Source: a virus | Taxonomy: Duplodnaviria; Caudoviricetes | Virus record (IMG/VR): IMGVR_UViG_3300009436_000036 | Location: 1 to 46,001 of that record | Direction: 5' to 3' (one strand) | Length of the DNA: 46,001 nt | Shown here: positions 8,921 to 18,095 of the stretch, piece after piece | How positions within the stretch are numbered: the first letter of the stretch is position 1 | Layout of the letters: each line of letters opens with the position of its first letter | Program-made: the position numbers and the translations under genes | Notes under the pieces: model-generated | The model's input: the letters and a program-made list of their open reading frames with translations, nothing else | What the model was told of the DNA's origin: nothing | The model's database searches: none

Positions 8921-10148
8921 AAATATGCAAGTTCTAAATGATGTTGTTTTAGACTATAGTAATCCATGGAAAATGTTTGAACTCGCACGTGAGTACGATA
9001 AGTTGAAACAAGGTGCGGCGGCATTTGGTTGGTATCTTAGAGCGGCTGACTTCTGTGAAGGAGAAACATACGAAGAAAAATGGTTGCAATATAGATGTAT
9101 GCTTTTTGGTGCGGCTATCTTTGACAGATCGGAAGCTAGAAATCAAACCACACAAGGTCTTCTTAAGATGGCTATGGCTGTGTTACCTACTAGACCAGAA
9201 GCATATTACTTCATGGCTAAACATTCGATGGACACAAACAACTTTCGTGATGGGATAATGTATTCTCAAATGGGTCTTGCCTTAGATTTGGTTCCACGTG
9301 ACGATGATAATGAGTTGGGATATCCTGGTCGTGTTGGTTTGGAACATGCATATGCGGTTTCTAAATGGAAGACTGATGGTAGGGATGCTTCCAAAAACCT
9401 ATTCTTCGATCTAAAGCACAAATGCAAATTAGAAATGACTAAAGAAATACGTGACAGTGTTGATTGGTGGATTGAACAAATCGGCTACCCAAGTACACTT
9501 CCATACACAAGAGAAGAAGAAAAGAAATACAGATGGAAATTTGATGGTCTTAAGTCCGTAGATAATAACTACTCTCGACACTTTCAAGATATGTTTGTCT
9601 TATCACTTCTTAAAGGAAAGATGGAAGGTACGTTTGTAGAGATTGGGTCTGGACATCCTACACTATTCAACAACACTTACTTGTTGGAGAAAGACTTCGG
9701 TTGGAGAGGATTGTCTGTAGAACATAGCGAAAGAATGTGCGCTCAGTTTAGCAGAGAGCGTAACACAAGCATTGTTATGGATGATGCCGCAACCTTGGAC
9801 TATGATAAACTATTCAAACAACATTGTCTTGAGCAACATATCGAATATTTAAGAATTAATGCAGATCAAGCATCTCTTGCGGCTTTGAGTAGAATTCCGT
9901 TTTCAAAACATGAATTCTCTATTATCCAATTCCAACATAATGAATGTTGGTGGGGTACTGAGATTAAAGAAAAGTCAAGAGAAATGTTGAATAGTATTGG
10001 TTATAAATTGTTTGTTTCTGATGTGGCTATCGATCCCATCAACTCTTATGAGGATTGGTGGGTACATCCATCAATCATAAATGACCATATGAAGAGCGAT
10101 AAAGGTATTAACTTTGCTTGGGATTACATGATGAAGGGAAGAAAATGA
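8910..10148 (+). CDS. TPR-like N-terminus fused to FkbM-like SAM-methyltransferase domain
   Basis: Helical repeats (PTRPEAYYFMAK), then QDMFV...GTFVEIGSGHP..NNTYLLEKDFGWRG...EDWW. Confidence 0.65.
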   Translation: MKFKNMQVLNDVVLDYSNPWKMFELAREYDKLKQGAAAFGWYLRAADFCEGETYEEKWLQYRCMLFGAAIFDRSEARNQTTQGLLKMAMAVLPTRPEAYYFMAKHSMDTNNFRDGIMYSQMGLALDLVPRDDDNELGYPGRVGLEHAYAVSKWKTDGRDASKNLFFDLKHKCKLEMTKEIRDSVDWWIEQIGYPSTLPYTREEEKKYRWKFDGLKSVDNNYSRHFQDMFVLSLLKGKMEGTFVEIGSGHPTLFNNTYLLEKDFGWRGLSVEHSERMCAQFSRERNTSIVMDDAATLDYDKLFKQHCLEQHIEYLRINADQASLAALSRIPFSKHEFSIIQFQHNECWWGTEIKEKSREMLNSIGYKLFVSDVAIDPINSYEDWWVHPSIINDHMKSDKGINFAWDYMMKGRK

Positions 10149-10924
10149 AACCAGTGATCGTAACAGGTGGATTTGATCCACTACACTCAGGACATATTGC
10201 ATACTTCAAAGCGGCTAAAGAATTAGGTTCTATCCTATTCGTTGGTCTTAATAGTGACGAATGGCTGACACGTAAAAAGGGCAGACCTTTCATGTCTATT
10301 GAAGAACGTATGTCTATTATCAAAGAAATTGGTTGTGTGGGTCATGTGTTTACTTTTGATGATTCAGATGACACTGCATGTGATGCTATTCGATATGTAG
10401 CAAAACAAACTCCTAGAAACTCAGAAATCATATTCGCTAATGGTGGTGATCGTAAAAAAGGAACAACACCAGAAGTTGAGTTTGCTAGAGAATTACGTGA
10501 TGAATGTAACATATCATTTGCATTTGGTGTTGGTGGAGAAGATAAGAAGAATAGTTCATCATGGATATTAAAGGAGTGGGACAAGCCCACTACAGATAGA
10601 CTATGGGGTAAATATAGAGACTTAGATCAGAATGGACATTGGAAGGTTAAAGAGTTGTCTATTGATGTTGGTAAGTCATTATCTGATCAAAGACACTTCA
10701 TACGTTCTGAACATTGGCATATTGTTGATGGTGACCTTAAAATGGACTTAGAGTTCTCTGATGGTTATTCGACATCTAAGGTTTATGGAACTGGTGATAG
10801 TATAGACATTCCATCTAATACTTGGCATCATGCAACTAATGTTGGTGATAAACCTGTTAAGGTTATTGAAGTATGGATGGGTAATACATTATCTGAAGAT
10901 GATATTGAAAGAAGATATGCTTAA
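10145..10924 (+). CDS. Cytidylyltransferase-like (HxGH) domain fused to type II mannose-6-P isomerase-like cupin
   Basis: TGGFDPLHSGH, GLNSD, FANGGDR, KNSSS; C-terminal WG.Y...LSDQRH..RSEHW...EDDIER. Confidence 0.8.
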   Translation: MKPVIVTGGFDPLHSGHIAYFKAAKELGSILFVGLNSDEWLTRKKGRPFMSIEERMSIIKEIGCVGHVFTFDDSDDTACDAIRYVAKQTPRNSEIIFANGGDRKKGTTPEVEFARELRDECNISFAFGVGGEDKKNSSSWILKEWDKPTTDRLWGKYRDLDQNGHWKVKELSIDVGKSLSDQRHFIRSEHWHIVDGDLKMDLEFSDGYSTSKVYGTGDSIDIPSNTWHHATNVGDKPVKVIEVWMGNTLSEDDIERRYA

Positions 10925-10954
10925 ATGCATTAAAGAATCTATTATTATATCATA

Positions 10955-10994
10955 AGGGTTAACCCTATTATACACGACTTCTGAATGTTGTCAA
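10955..10994 (-). promoter_or_regulatory. Orphan consensus sigma70 promoter with a 12-bp palindrome at its start site
   Basis: Minus strand TTGACA (10994-10989)-N16-TATAAT (10972-10967), followed by AGGGTTAACCCT (10955-10966). Confidence 0.55.
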
Positions 10995-11003
10995 CTAGTT
11001 TTT

Positions 11004-11011
11004 TATAAATA
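11004..11011 (+). promoter_or_regulatory. T4 late promoter
   Basis: TATAAATA upstream of the AGGAG RBS of 11043. Confidence 0.75.
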
Positions 11012-11042
11012 TAAGAAAATACATGCAACAAAGGAGAAGACG

Positions 11043-11450
11043 ATGGCTTTTCAGTTATCCCCACAAACAAGAAATGGTACACTCCAAGCAATCGAAACGA
11101 CAATTGGCGCAAATCCAGTTCTCACGATTGCTACAGGAACAGTTCCAACAGAGTGTCCAAGCGCAAATACAGGTACTATAGTAGCTACTATGGTTTTACC
11201 AACAGATTGGCTTTCAGCACCTAATAACGGTGTTATGCAATTATCTGGTAATTGGCAAGACCTTTCAGCAGATGCTTCTGGTACTGCTGGTTACTTTAGA
11301 GTACACCAAAGTGATGGAACAGTATGTCACTTGCAAGGTACTATCTCAGCATCTGGTGCTGGTGGTGATATGCAACTTGACAACACAAACATCGCTATTG
11401 GTCAGCAAATCACAATCACTACATTTACAATTACTGCTGGTGGCGCATAA
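11043..11450 (+). CDS. Putative virion structural protein
   Basis: G/T/A-rich beta protein (ADASGTAGYFRV..GGDMQLDNTNI) behind a late promoter. Confidence 0.6.
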   Translation: MAFQLSPQTRNGTLQAIETTIGANPVLTIATGTVPTECPSANTGTIVATMVLPTDWLSAPNNGVMQLSGNWQDLSADASGTAGYFRVHQSDGTVCHLQGTISASGAGGDMQLDNTNIAIGQQITITTFTITAGGA

Positions 11451-11463
11451 AAGGACGTTCTAA

Positions 11464-12045
11464 ATGTCTAACGGCGTAACTACAGGAAGTATAGATTTCA
11501 ACTTCTTCGGTGGGGGCTATTCAGTCCTTGTCGGTGATGTTTCTGGCGCGTTCGATGTATCAATTGCATCTGACGTGTTCGTTCCTGTACATGCTAATGC
11601 TAACAACACTCTTGACTTTTTTATTACTGCTGGAATTGAGACGCCAACTATCTTTGGTGAAGCATCTGGTACTATAGACTTCTCGTTAAATCAGAGTGGA
11701 CGCATTGAGTTTGGGATACAGAGTTACCTTTACTCTGGTAACAATGAGATAACATTTGTTGGATCGGCTACTGCCTTCAACCCTATTGTTGGTGGGTTTG
11801 ATAATGTCTTTCCAATTACTTTCTCTGGTACTATGGCTCAGTTTTCATTGGGTCAGACCACAGGTGCTTTCTCTTACGCATTGCAGTCCAAAGTTATAAA
11901 TTATACATTGTTAAACAAAAGCAGACCAAATCTTAAAAACGGTATCAAACTACAGGATACACAAAATAACCAAGTAAACATAAAGCAAGAACCAAATGGC
12001 GTAAAAATACGTAATAATGGCGAAACTTTTGTTGAAATCAGATAA
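11464..12045 (+). CDS. Putative virion structural protein
   Basis: G/F/S/T-rich beta-strand repeats, in a late operon. Confidence 0.55.
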   Translation: MSNGVTTGSIDFNFFGGGYSVLVGDVSGAFDVSIASDVFVPVHANANNTLDFFITAGIETPTIFGEASGTIDFSLNQSGRIEFGIQSYLYSGNNEITFVGSATAFNPIVGGFDNVFPITFSGTMAQFSLGQTTGAFSYALQSKVINYTLLNKSRPNLKNGIKLQDTQNNQVNIKQEPNGVKIRNNGETFVEIR

Positions 12046-12083
12046 TAACTTTTTAGATAAATAAAAGTAAACGGAGAGAACAC

Positions 12084-12416
12084 ATGTCGGATAACTTCTA
12101 CATCAAGCAAAACGATACTGCCCCATCCCTAGAAGTAGTCCTAACAAGTTCGTCTGGACGTGCTAAACCTATGACTGAGGCATCATCTATTGCATTCAAT
12201 ATGTCAACAGAAGCTGGCGTTAATCTTGTAAACCTTGGTACAGGGACAATCGTTAACTCAGCAAAAGGTATTGTTGCCTACACTTGGCAGACAGGCGATA
12301 CTTCAAATACAGGTATCCACAATGCAGAATTTCAAGTTACTTATAATAATGGACAGATCGAAACTTTTCCAAACTCTGGCTACATTAAAGTAATCATTAA
12401 AGGTGAGTTAGCATAA
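12084..12416 (+). CDS. BppU-N-like Ig-fold structural protein
   Basis: FYIKQNDT.P.L...GIVAYTW...DT...G.HNAEFQVTY..G.IETFP; GATAAATA at 12056-12063. Confidence 0.6.
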   Translation: MSDNFYIKQNDTAPSLEVVLTSSSGRAKPMTEASSIAFNMSTEAGVNLVNLGTGTIVNSAKGIVAYTWQTGDTSNTGIHNAEFQVTYNNGQIETFPNSGYIKVIIKGELA

Positions 12417-13159
12417 TGGCACAACCAAGATCAAAAGAAGACTTTAAAGACTACATCCTAAGAAAAATTGGCGCACCTGTAATTGATATCAACGTTGCAG
12501 ATGAACAAGTTGAAGACCGCGTAGATGAGGCTATCTCTTTCTGGCGCGATTACCACTACAATGGTAGTCAACTGGTGTATCTTAAGCATGCAATTACAGA
12601 AGCAGATAAGGTTAACGGATGGATACCACTACCAGAAGGCTTGCTAGGCATTTCTAAGATATTTGACCTAGATACAAGTATTTCAACTGGCACAGGGATG
12701 TTCAACGTAAACTACCAGTTTGTTCTGAATAACATTCAAGACATGACTAGCTATAGCATGCAGAACTACTACATGACTATGCAACACATTGAGTTTATGC
12801 AAGAGATACTTGTTGGTAAACCACTGATCCGCTACAACAAGCATGTAAATAAATTACATATTGACACTGACAAAAAGAGTTGGGTAGTTGGCAACTACAT
12901 TGTTATCGAAGCATATGATGTCGTTAATCCTGATGAGTACGCAGATGTTTGGGGTGATCGTTGGCTTCAGAATTATGCCGCTGTGCTTGTACGTGAACAA
13001 TGGGGTCTAAACCTCACTAAGTTTACACAGATGCAATTAGTTGGTGGTGTGCAGTTTAATGGTGAGCAAATCCTTGCAGAGGCTAGGGCTGACCGCGAAC
13101 GTATGGAAGAAGAAGCAATTCGATCATTGCAACCTTTGACCTATAACTTTATTGGATAA
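12416..13159 (+). CDS. gp13: Neck protein gp13
   Basis: KDYILRKIGAPVIDINVADEQVEDR...QWGLNLTKF..GGVQFNG. Confidence 0.93.
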   Translation: MAQPRSKEDFKDYILRKIGAPVIDINVADEQVEDRVDEAISFWRDYHYNGSQLVYLKHAITEADKVNGWIPLPEGLLGISKIFDLDTSISTGTGMFNVNYQFVLNNIQDMTSYSMQNYYMTMQHIEFMQEILVGKPLIRYNKHVNKLHIDTDKKSWVVGNYIVIEAYDVVNPDEYADVWGDRWLQNYAAVLVREQWGLNLTKFTQMQLVGGVQFNGEQILAEARADRERMEEEAIRSLQPLTYNFIG

Positions 13160-13162
13160 GAT

Positions 13163-13843
13163 ATGGCAACTAACGCATATTTCAGAAATACGACGAATAG
13201 CTACGAACAGAACTTGATCGATGACTTGGTTATCGAGTCAATCCAGATGTATGGCCTTGACGTCAAATACGTTTCGAGAAATAACGCCAATATCGATTCT
13301 CTATTGAATGAGGATGATATTCCCACATTCGATGCATATTACGATTTTGAAGTTTATATTAAAAACGTAGATGGGTTTGAGGGCGAAGGCGACTTCTTGA
13401 GTAAGTTCGGTCTTCAAATTCGTGACTCTATTACATTTACAGTTGCAATACGAACATTTGAGCGCTTCGTCACAAGAGAAAACGATAAGAGAATAAGACC
13501 TATCGCTGGTGAAGTTATATTCTTGCCTCTGAACAACAAGCTTTATAAAATCCAACACGTAGAACACGAGAGTGTGTTTTATCAAAGTGGTGCGCTACAG
13601 GTTTATGACATGCGTTGTGAACTTATGGAATTCTCTGGTGAGCAATTCGATACAGGCATTTACGAGATTGATCACTTCTTTGATGATATTGATACTACGG
13701 CTAATACGGTAAATACACTTACAGCTTTGACCGCTGTTGATCCCCTTGCTGACAACTTGGCATTTGAAACACAAGCTGATGATATTTTAGATTTCTCTGA
13801 GATGGACCCATTCAGTGAAAATATTAGCATACAGGATTCATAA
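13163..13843 (+). CDS. gp14: Neck protein gp14
   Basis: EQNLIDDLVIESIQMYG...GFEGEGDFLSKFGLQIRD...DFSEMDPF. Confidence 0.93.
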   Translation: MATNAYFRNTTNSYEQNLIDDLVIESIQMYGLDVKYVSRNNANIDSLLNEDDIPTFDAYYDFEVYIKNVDGFEGEGDFLSKFGLQIRDSITFTVAIRTFERFVTRENDKRIRPIAGEVIFLPLNNKLYKIQHVEHESVFYQSGALQVYDMRCELMEFSGEQFDTGIYEIDHFFDDIDTTANTVNTLTALTAVDPLADNLAFETQADDILDFSEMDPFSENISIQDS

Positions 13844-13845
13844 AC

Positions 13846-15951
13846 ATGGCAATTGCAAATTATTTTTACAATTCGACTACTAGAAAGTACGTGGCTATAT
13901 TTGGTACACTCTTTAATCAAGTAAAGATTCAGAGAACCAATAATGCTGGGGCTTTGCAACAAGAAATGATTGTTCCACTGTCGTATGCACCATTCCAAAA
14001 AATCTTAGCTAGGGTAGCGGCTGACCCTGATCTTATTAACAGCACTCGACCAGCTATGACGCTTCCAAGAATGTCTTTTGAGATTAATAACGTAACATAC
14101 GATCCTCAAAGAAAAATAGCTACGACACGTAAGGTGTTGAAGCCAACAGCCAACGAAAATACCAACCAAAGAGAATTCATGTATTCTGGGGTTCCTTATA
14201 ACATCGACTTCTCATTGTACATCATGACAAAGTATGCTGAAGACGCAACTAAGATTATGGAGCAAATCCTTCCGTTCTTTACACCTGACTGGACGGTAAC
14301 GGCTAAGATGATACCAGATCACGAGCCTGTTGACATTCCAATTATCTTGAACAGCGTTACAACTGAAGACTTGTATGAAGGTACGTTTGAAGAAAGACAG
14401 TCAATTCTATACACACTAACCTTTACACTCAAGGGTTATTATTACGGACCTCAAAAGACCAAAAAGGTAATTAAGTTTGTTGACGTGGACTTTCACAACG
14501 GTACAGATACCAACTCTCCATTTGTAGAAGGTGTGGACGTAAGACCTGGCCTCAGTGCAAACGGTCAACCCATTTCGACAGAAGGTCAACAAGCTACAGC
14601 AAAAGCTGTTGTTTCAAATGGTTCATTAACATCTATTGATCTATTAGTCAACGGCGAAAAGTATAACGCCAACACTACAGTTACTATTGCCGCACCAGAT
14701 ACAGCCAACGCATCTATTACTACTACAATGGCAAATGGTTCTTTGAGTGGTATCAATATTCTAAACGGTGGTGGTTACTTCTCTACACCCCCAACAGTCA
14801 GCTTTAGTGTTCCAGATGCGACACCACAGACTGCTGCTGGTACGGTTACTGTTATTGGTGACTCGATCACTGAAATTGCAGTTACCAGTGTAGGTAATTT
14901 CTACAACACACCAACATTCACTATTAGTCCACCCCCAACTGTTGCCTCTGTGGTTAAGTTTGGTGACGATGCGTTGCCTCACACATCCGAAACAGATGTT
15001 ACGTTGCTACACACATTCGATGGCTTCTATAGCTCTAATACTGGCTACAAAGTACAGTTCTGGATTTACCCAACTGAAATTACTGCTGGGAACCCATACT
15101 CAATATTATTTGCGCCGTTCACAAAGATATTCTTGAATGTCGATGGTAGTGTTGGTTTTCAATACTCTTCACAACCAGTCGTAACTTCTGACACAAACGT
15201 GACAGTAAATCAATGGAACCATGTTGAGCTAGAACATTCTGGTACTAGCATCAGACTTAATGTCAATGGCGTTAAGGGTACTACCGCAACACGCGGTGCT
15301 GGTAATGTTATTCTTCCAACTCACACATATAAAGCTGGTGATGCACAAGGTAATCAATCGGTATTCGATGGGGCTAACAGAAGTTTCGTTGGTGTCTTGG
15401 ATAACGTTACATTTGAATCACAAGCTCAATTAGTTGGTACAGATGGATCATCTTACACGATGCCTACGTCAGCCAACAGTGGTGATATTTTCGAAAAGAA
15501 CTTTGACAAGACACTTCCTACTGCAACAGCTACGGTAGTCGATGGTGAAGTCACTGCAATGACTGTTACGAGTGGTGGTCTTGGTTACACAGGCGATGCA
15601 CCAACAATCACATTTGACGCCCCTGATGACGTTGCGGCAAGCTTTACAGCATCTGCAACACCTGTTTTAGTTAATGGCTCTATTACAAAGCTGTCAATAA
15701 ATAACGTAGGTAAGTTCTATCTCACTGACGCAATCATTTCTGTGTCAGCACCAACTGCCACTACTGCTACTGCAACCGCTGTAATTGCATCCAATGGTGA
15801 TGTTTCGTCTATTACAGTTACCGATGCTGGTCTAGGTTATAGAACAGTGCCTACCGTGACTATATCACCACCAAACTTCGGCTCAATACCATACCAAGAA
15901 ATTGAGTTCGATGATGATTGGGGTATCATTAAAACAATAGTGAGTGAATAA
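13846..15951 (+). CDS. gp15: Tail terminator / sheath stabiliser gp15 with large repeat + LamG-like insertion
   Basis: N-terminal YFY..TTRKYVAIFGTLFN..VPLSYAP..LPRMSFE..EQILPFF; canonical-looking end DDDWG; about 450 aa inserted. Confidence 0.88.
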   Translation: MAIANYFYNSTTRKYVAIFGTLFNQVKIQRTNNAGALQQEMIVPLSYAPFQKILARVAADPDLINSTRPAMTLPRMSFEINNVTYDPQRKIATTRKVLKPTANENTNQREFMYSGVPYNIDFSLYIMTKYAEDATKIMEQILPFFTPDWTVTAKMIPDHEPVDIPIILNSVTTEDLYEGTFEERQSILYTLTFTLKGYYYGPQKTKKVIKFVDVDFHNGTDTNSPFVEGVDVRPGLSANGQPISTEGQQATAKAVVSNGSLTSIDLLVNGEKYNANTTVTIAAPDTANASITTTMANGSLSGINILNGGGYFSTPPTVSFSVPDATPQTAAGTVTVIGDSITEIAVTSVGNFYNTPTFTISPPPTVASVVKFGDDALPHTSETDVTLLHTFDGFYSSNTGYKVQFWIYPTEITAGNPYSILFAPFTKIFLNVDGSVGFQYSSQPVVTSDTNVTVNQWNHVELEHSGTSIRLNVNGVKGTTATRGAGNVILPTHTYKAGDAQGNQSVFDGANRSFVGVLDNVTFESQAQLVGTDGSSYTMPTSANSGDIFEKNFDKTLPTATATVVDGEVTAMTVTSGGLGYTGDAPTITFDAPDDVAASFTASATPVLVNGSITKLSINNVGKFYLTDAIISVSAPTATTATATAVIASNGDVSSITVTDAGLGYRTVPTVTISPPNFGSIPYQEIEFDDDWGIIKTIVSE

Positions 15952-16408
15952 TATGAATGATAAGATAGCTGAGAACCTTGGTCTTAGACCTTTGGCAGAG
16001 ATTAGGGTAGAAGAATTAGAACAAGAAGTTCTTCCTGTTGAAATTGAAGAAAGCACATCATCTGTGATTGAGCATGAAGTGCCTATTGACGATGAAAACC
16101 TTAAAGACCTCACCAAAGTTCGTGAAAATATCGAAGGCGTCATTGCACTAGGTAACGAAGCAGTACGGGAAATGCTTGAGATTGCCAAACAATCAGAGTC
16201 TGCAAGAGGCTTTGAAGTCGTGTCCACACTCATGAAAACCTTGCTTGATGCCAACAAAGACTTTGCTGATGTGTCAACTAAGAAGAAATTTGCAAAAGAA
16301 GAAATTATGGTTCCCAGAGAAAACGCTCAAACAAATGTTACTAATAACAACTTGATCGTTTCCACTGCGGATTTATTGAAAATGTTGAAAGAGAATGAGA
16401 ATGGGTGA
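15944..16408 (+). CDS. gp16: Terminase small subunit gp16
   Basis: AKQSESARGFEVVSTLMK..TNNNLIVSTADLLKML; position before gp17. Confidence 0.88.
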   Translation: MNNMNDKIAENLGLRPLAEIRVEELEQEVLPVEIEESTSSVIEHEVPIDDENLKDLTKVRENIEGVIALGNEAVREMLEIAKQSESARGFEVVSTLMKTLLDANKDFADVSTKKKFAKEEIMVPRENAQTNVTNNNLIVSTADLLKMLKENENG

Positions 16409-18011
16409 TGGTTATTTAGGGAATGTACATCTAAAGAAAGTTTCGGAAGACGTAGAATGGACACCAGAACTTCTTAAAGAGTTCATGAAGTGTGCCAATG
16501 ATCCTGTATACTTTGCTAAAACTTATATTAAGATTATCCACGTTGATAAAGGGCTAGTACCTTTTGATATGTATGATTACCAAAAAGATATTGTTCAGAA
16601 AATTACTGATAATAGACGTGTCGCAGTTCTAACTGCTAGACAGTCTGGGAAGACAACAACGGCGGCGGCTGTTATTTTACACTACGTACTATTCAACGAA
16701 TACAAAACTGTTGCTATCCTTGCAAACAAAGGAGATGCGTCTCGTGAGGTTTTGGCTAGGGTTAAGTTGGCTTATGAAGCACTTCCTAGATGGCTACAGC
16801 AAGGCGTTAGTGAATGGAACAAGGGTAACATTGAACTTGAGAACGGCTGTAAAATTCTTGCTGGTACTACATCTTCATCTGCTATCCGTGGTAAATCTAT
16901 TAACTTTCTATATCTTGATGAGGTTGCATTTATTGAAGGTTATGATGAATTCTTCGCATCAGTTTATCCTACGATCTCATCTGGTGAAAGTACAAAGCTA
17001 TTGATGACATCCACACCTAATGGTCTGAACCACTTTTGGAAGACGTGTAAGGGTGCAGAAGAACAAACGAATGGTTATGAGTTCGTTAAAGTTATGTGGG
17101 ATGATGTTCCAGGTCGTAATGAAGCTTGGAAGAATGAAACCTTAGAGGCACTAGACTTTGACCAAGAGAAATTCAATCAAGAATATTGTTGTCAGTTCTT
17201 GGGTAGTTCTGGTACACTTATTGATAGTGGCAAGCTAAAAGAATTAGCACCATCTCGCCCTATATTAGAACAAAACAATATATGCCAATATGAAGCGCCA
17301 ATCGAAGGTCACACATATGCTATGACATGTGACGTATCTCGTGGTAAAGGGCTTGATTATTCTACGTGTAATATCATTGATATCACAACTATGCCTTATA
17401 AACAAGTTTGTACATACAGAGATAATATGGTAACACCTATTGACTTTACGGCGGTTATCTATAGATTGGGCAAACTTTACAACGAATGTGCAGTCTTGAT
17501 TGAGATTAATGACATTGGAGAGCAAGTCTCTGATACATTGCTCATGGACTATGGTTATGAAAATATGCTTTCTACTGAAAGCGCTGGGCGAGCAGGCAAA
17601 CGCATCTCAGCAGGTTTTGGTAAGAATGTAGATAGTGGTATTCGAACGACTAAAAGTGTTAAAGCTGTTGGTTGTTCCATCTTGAAGATGTTGATTGAAC
17701 AAAATCAATTAATTCTACAAGATTTCGAGACAATACAAGAACTTTCAAGGTTCTCTAAGAAAGGTGTCTCTTATGAAGCCGAATCAGGTTCCCACGATGA
17801 TTTGGTAATGAATTTGGTTATCTTTGCTTGGCTGAGTGATCAGATGTATTTTAAAGATTTAACAGACATTAATACACTTATGAAATTGAGGGAAAAGACA
17901 GAAGAACAAGTTGAACAAGAAATGTTGCCTTTCGGCTTTATTGATGATGGCTCTGATGATGATGATGTGGTTTGGCAAGATGATGAACGCCAAGGGTGGG
18001 CTTTATATTAA
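16401..18011 (+). CDS. gp17: Terminase large subunit gp17
   Basis: ARQSGKTT Walker A, YLDEVAF Walker B, STPNG, DVSRG, HDDLVM. Confidence 0.96.
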   Translation: MGDGYLGNVHLKKVSEDVEWTPELLKEFMKCANDPVYFAKTYIKIIHVDKGLVPFDMYDYQKDIVQKITDNRRVAVLTARQSGKTTTAAAVILHYVLFNEYKTVAILANKGDASREVLARVKLAYEALPRWLQQGVSEWNKGNIELENGCKILAGTTSSSAIRGKSINFLYLDEVAFIEGYDEFFASVYPTISSGESTKLLMTSTPNGLNHFWKTCKGAEEQTNGYEFVKVMWDDVPGRNEAWKNETLEALDFDQEKFNQEYCCQFLGSSGTLIDSGKLKELAPSRPILEQNNICQYEAPIEGHTYAMTCDVSRGKGLDYSTCNIIDITTMPYKQVCTYRDNMVTPIDFTAVIYRLGKLYNECAVLIEINDIGEQVSDTLLMDYGYENMLSTESAGRAGKRISAGFGKNVDSGIRTTKSVKAVGCSILKMLIEQNQLILQDFETIQELSRFSKKGVSYEAESGSHDDLVMNLVIFAWLSDQMYFKDLTDINTLMKLREKTEEQVEQEMLPFGFIDDGSDDDDVVWQDDERQGWALY

Positions 18012-18023
18012 GATGTTCTTTTG

Positions 18024-18031
18024 TATAAATA
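18024..18031 (+). promoter_or_regulatory. T4 late promoter
   Basis: TATAAATA upstream of gp18. Confidence 0.75.
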
Positions 18032-18095
18032 GAACAGAGAAGAGAATTAACACAATTAAGAATAACGTCGTTTTCAATACATAAAGGAGAAAAAT

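Noticed and set aside
14575-15885. gp15 insertion as an intein or an assembly artefact
   Set aside because: No C/S...HN splice motifs or LAGLIDADG; the frame is intact, the repeats are diverged and the native-looking C-terminus is retained.
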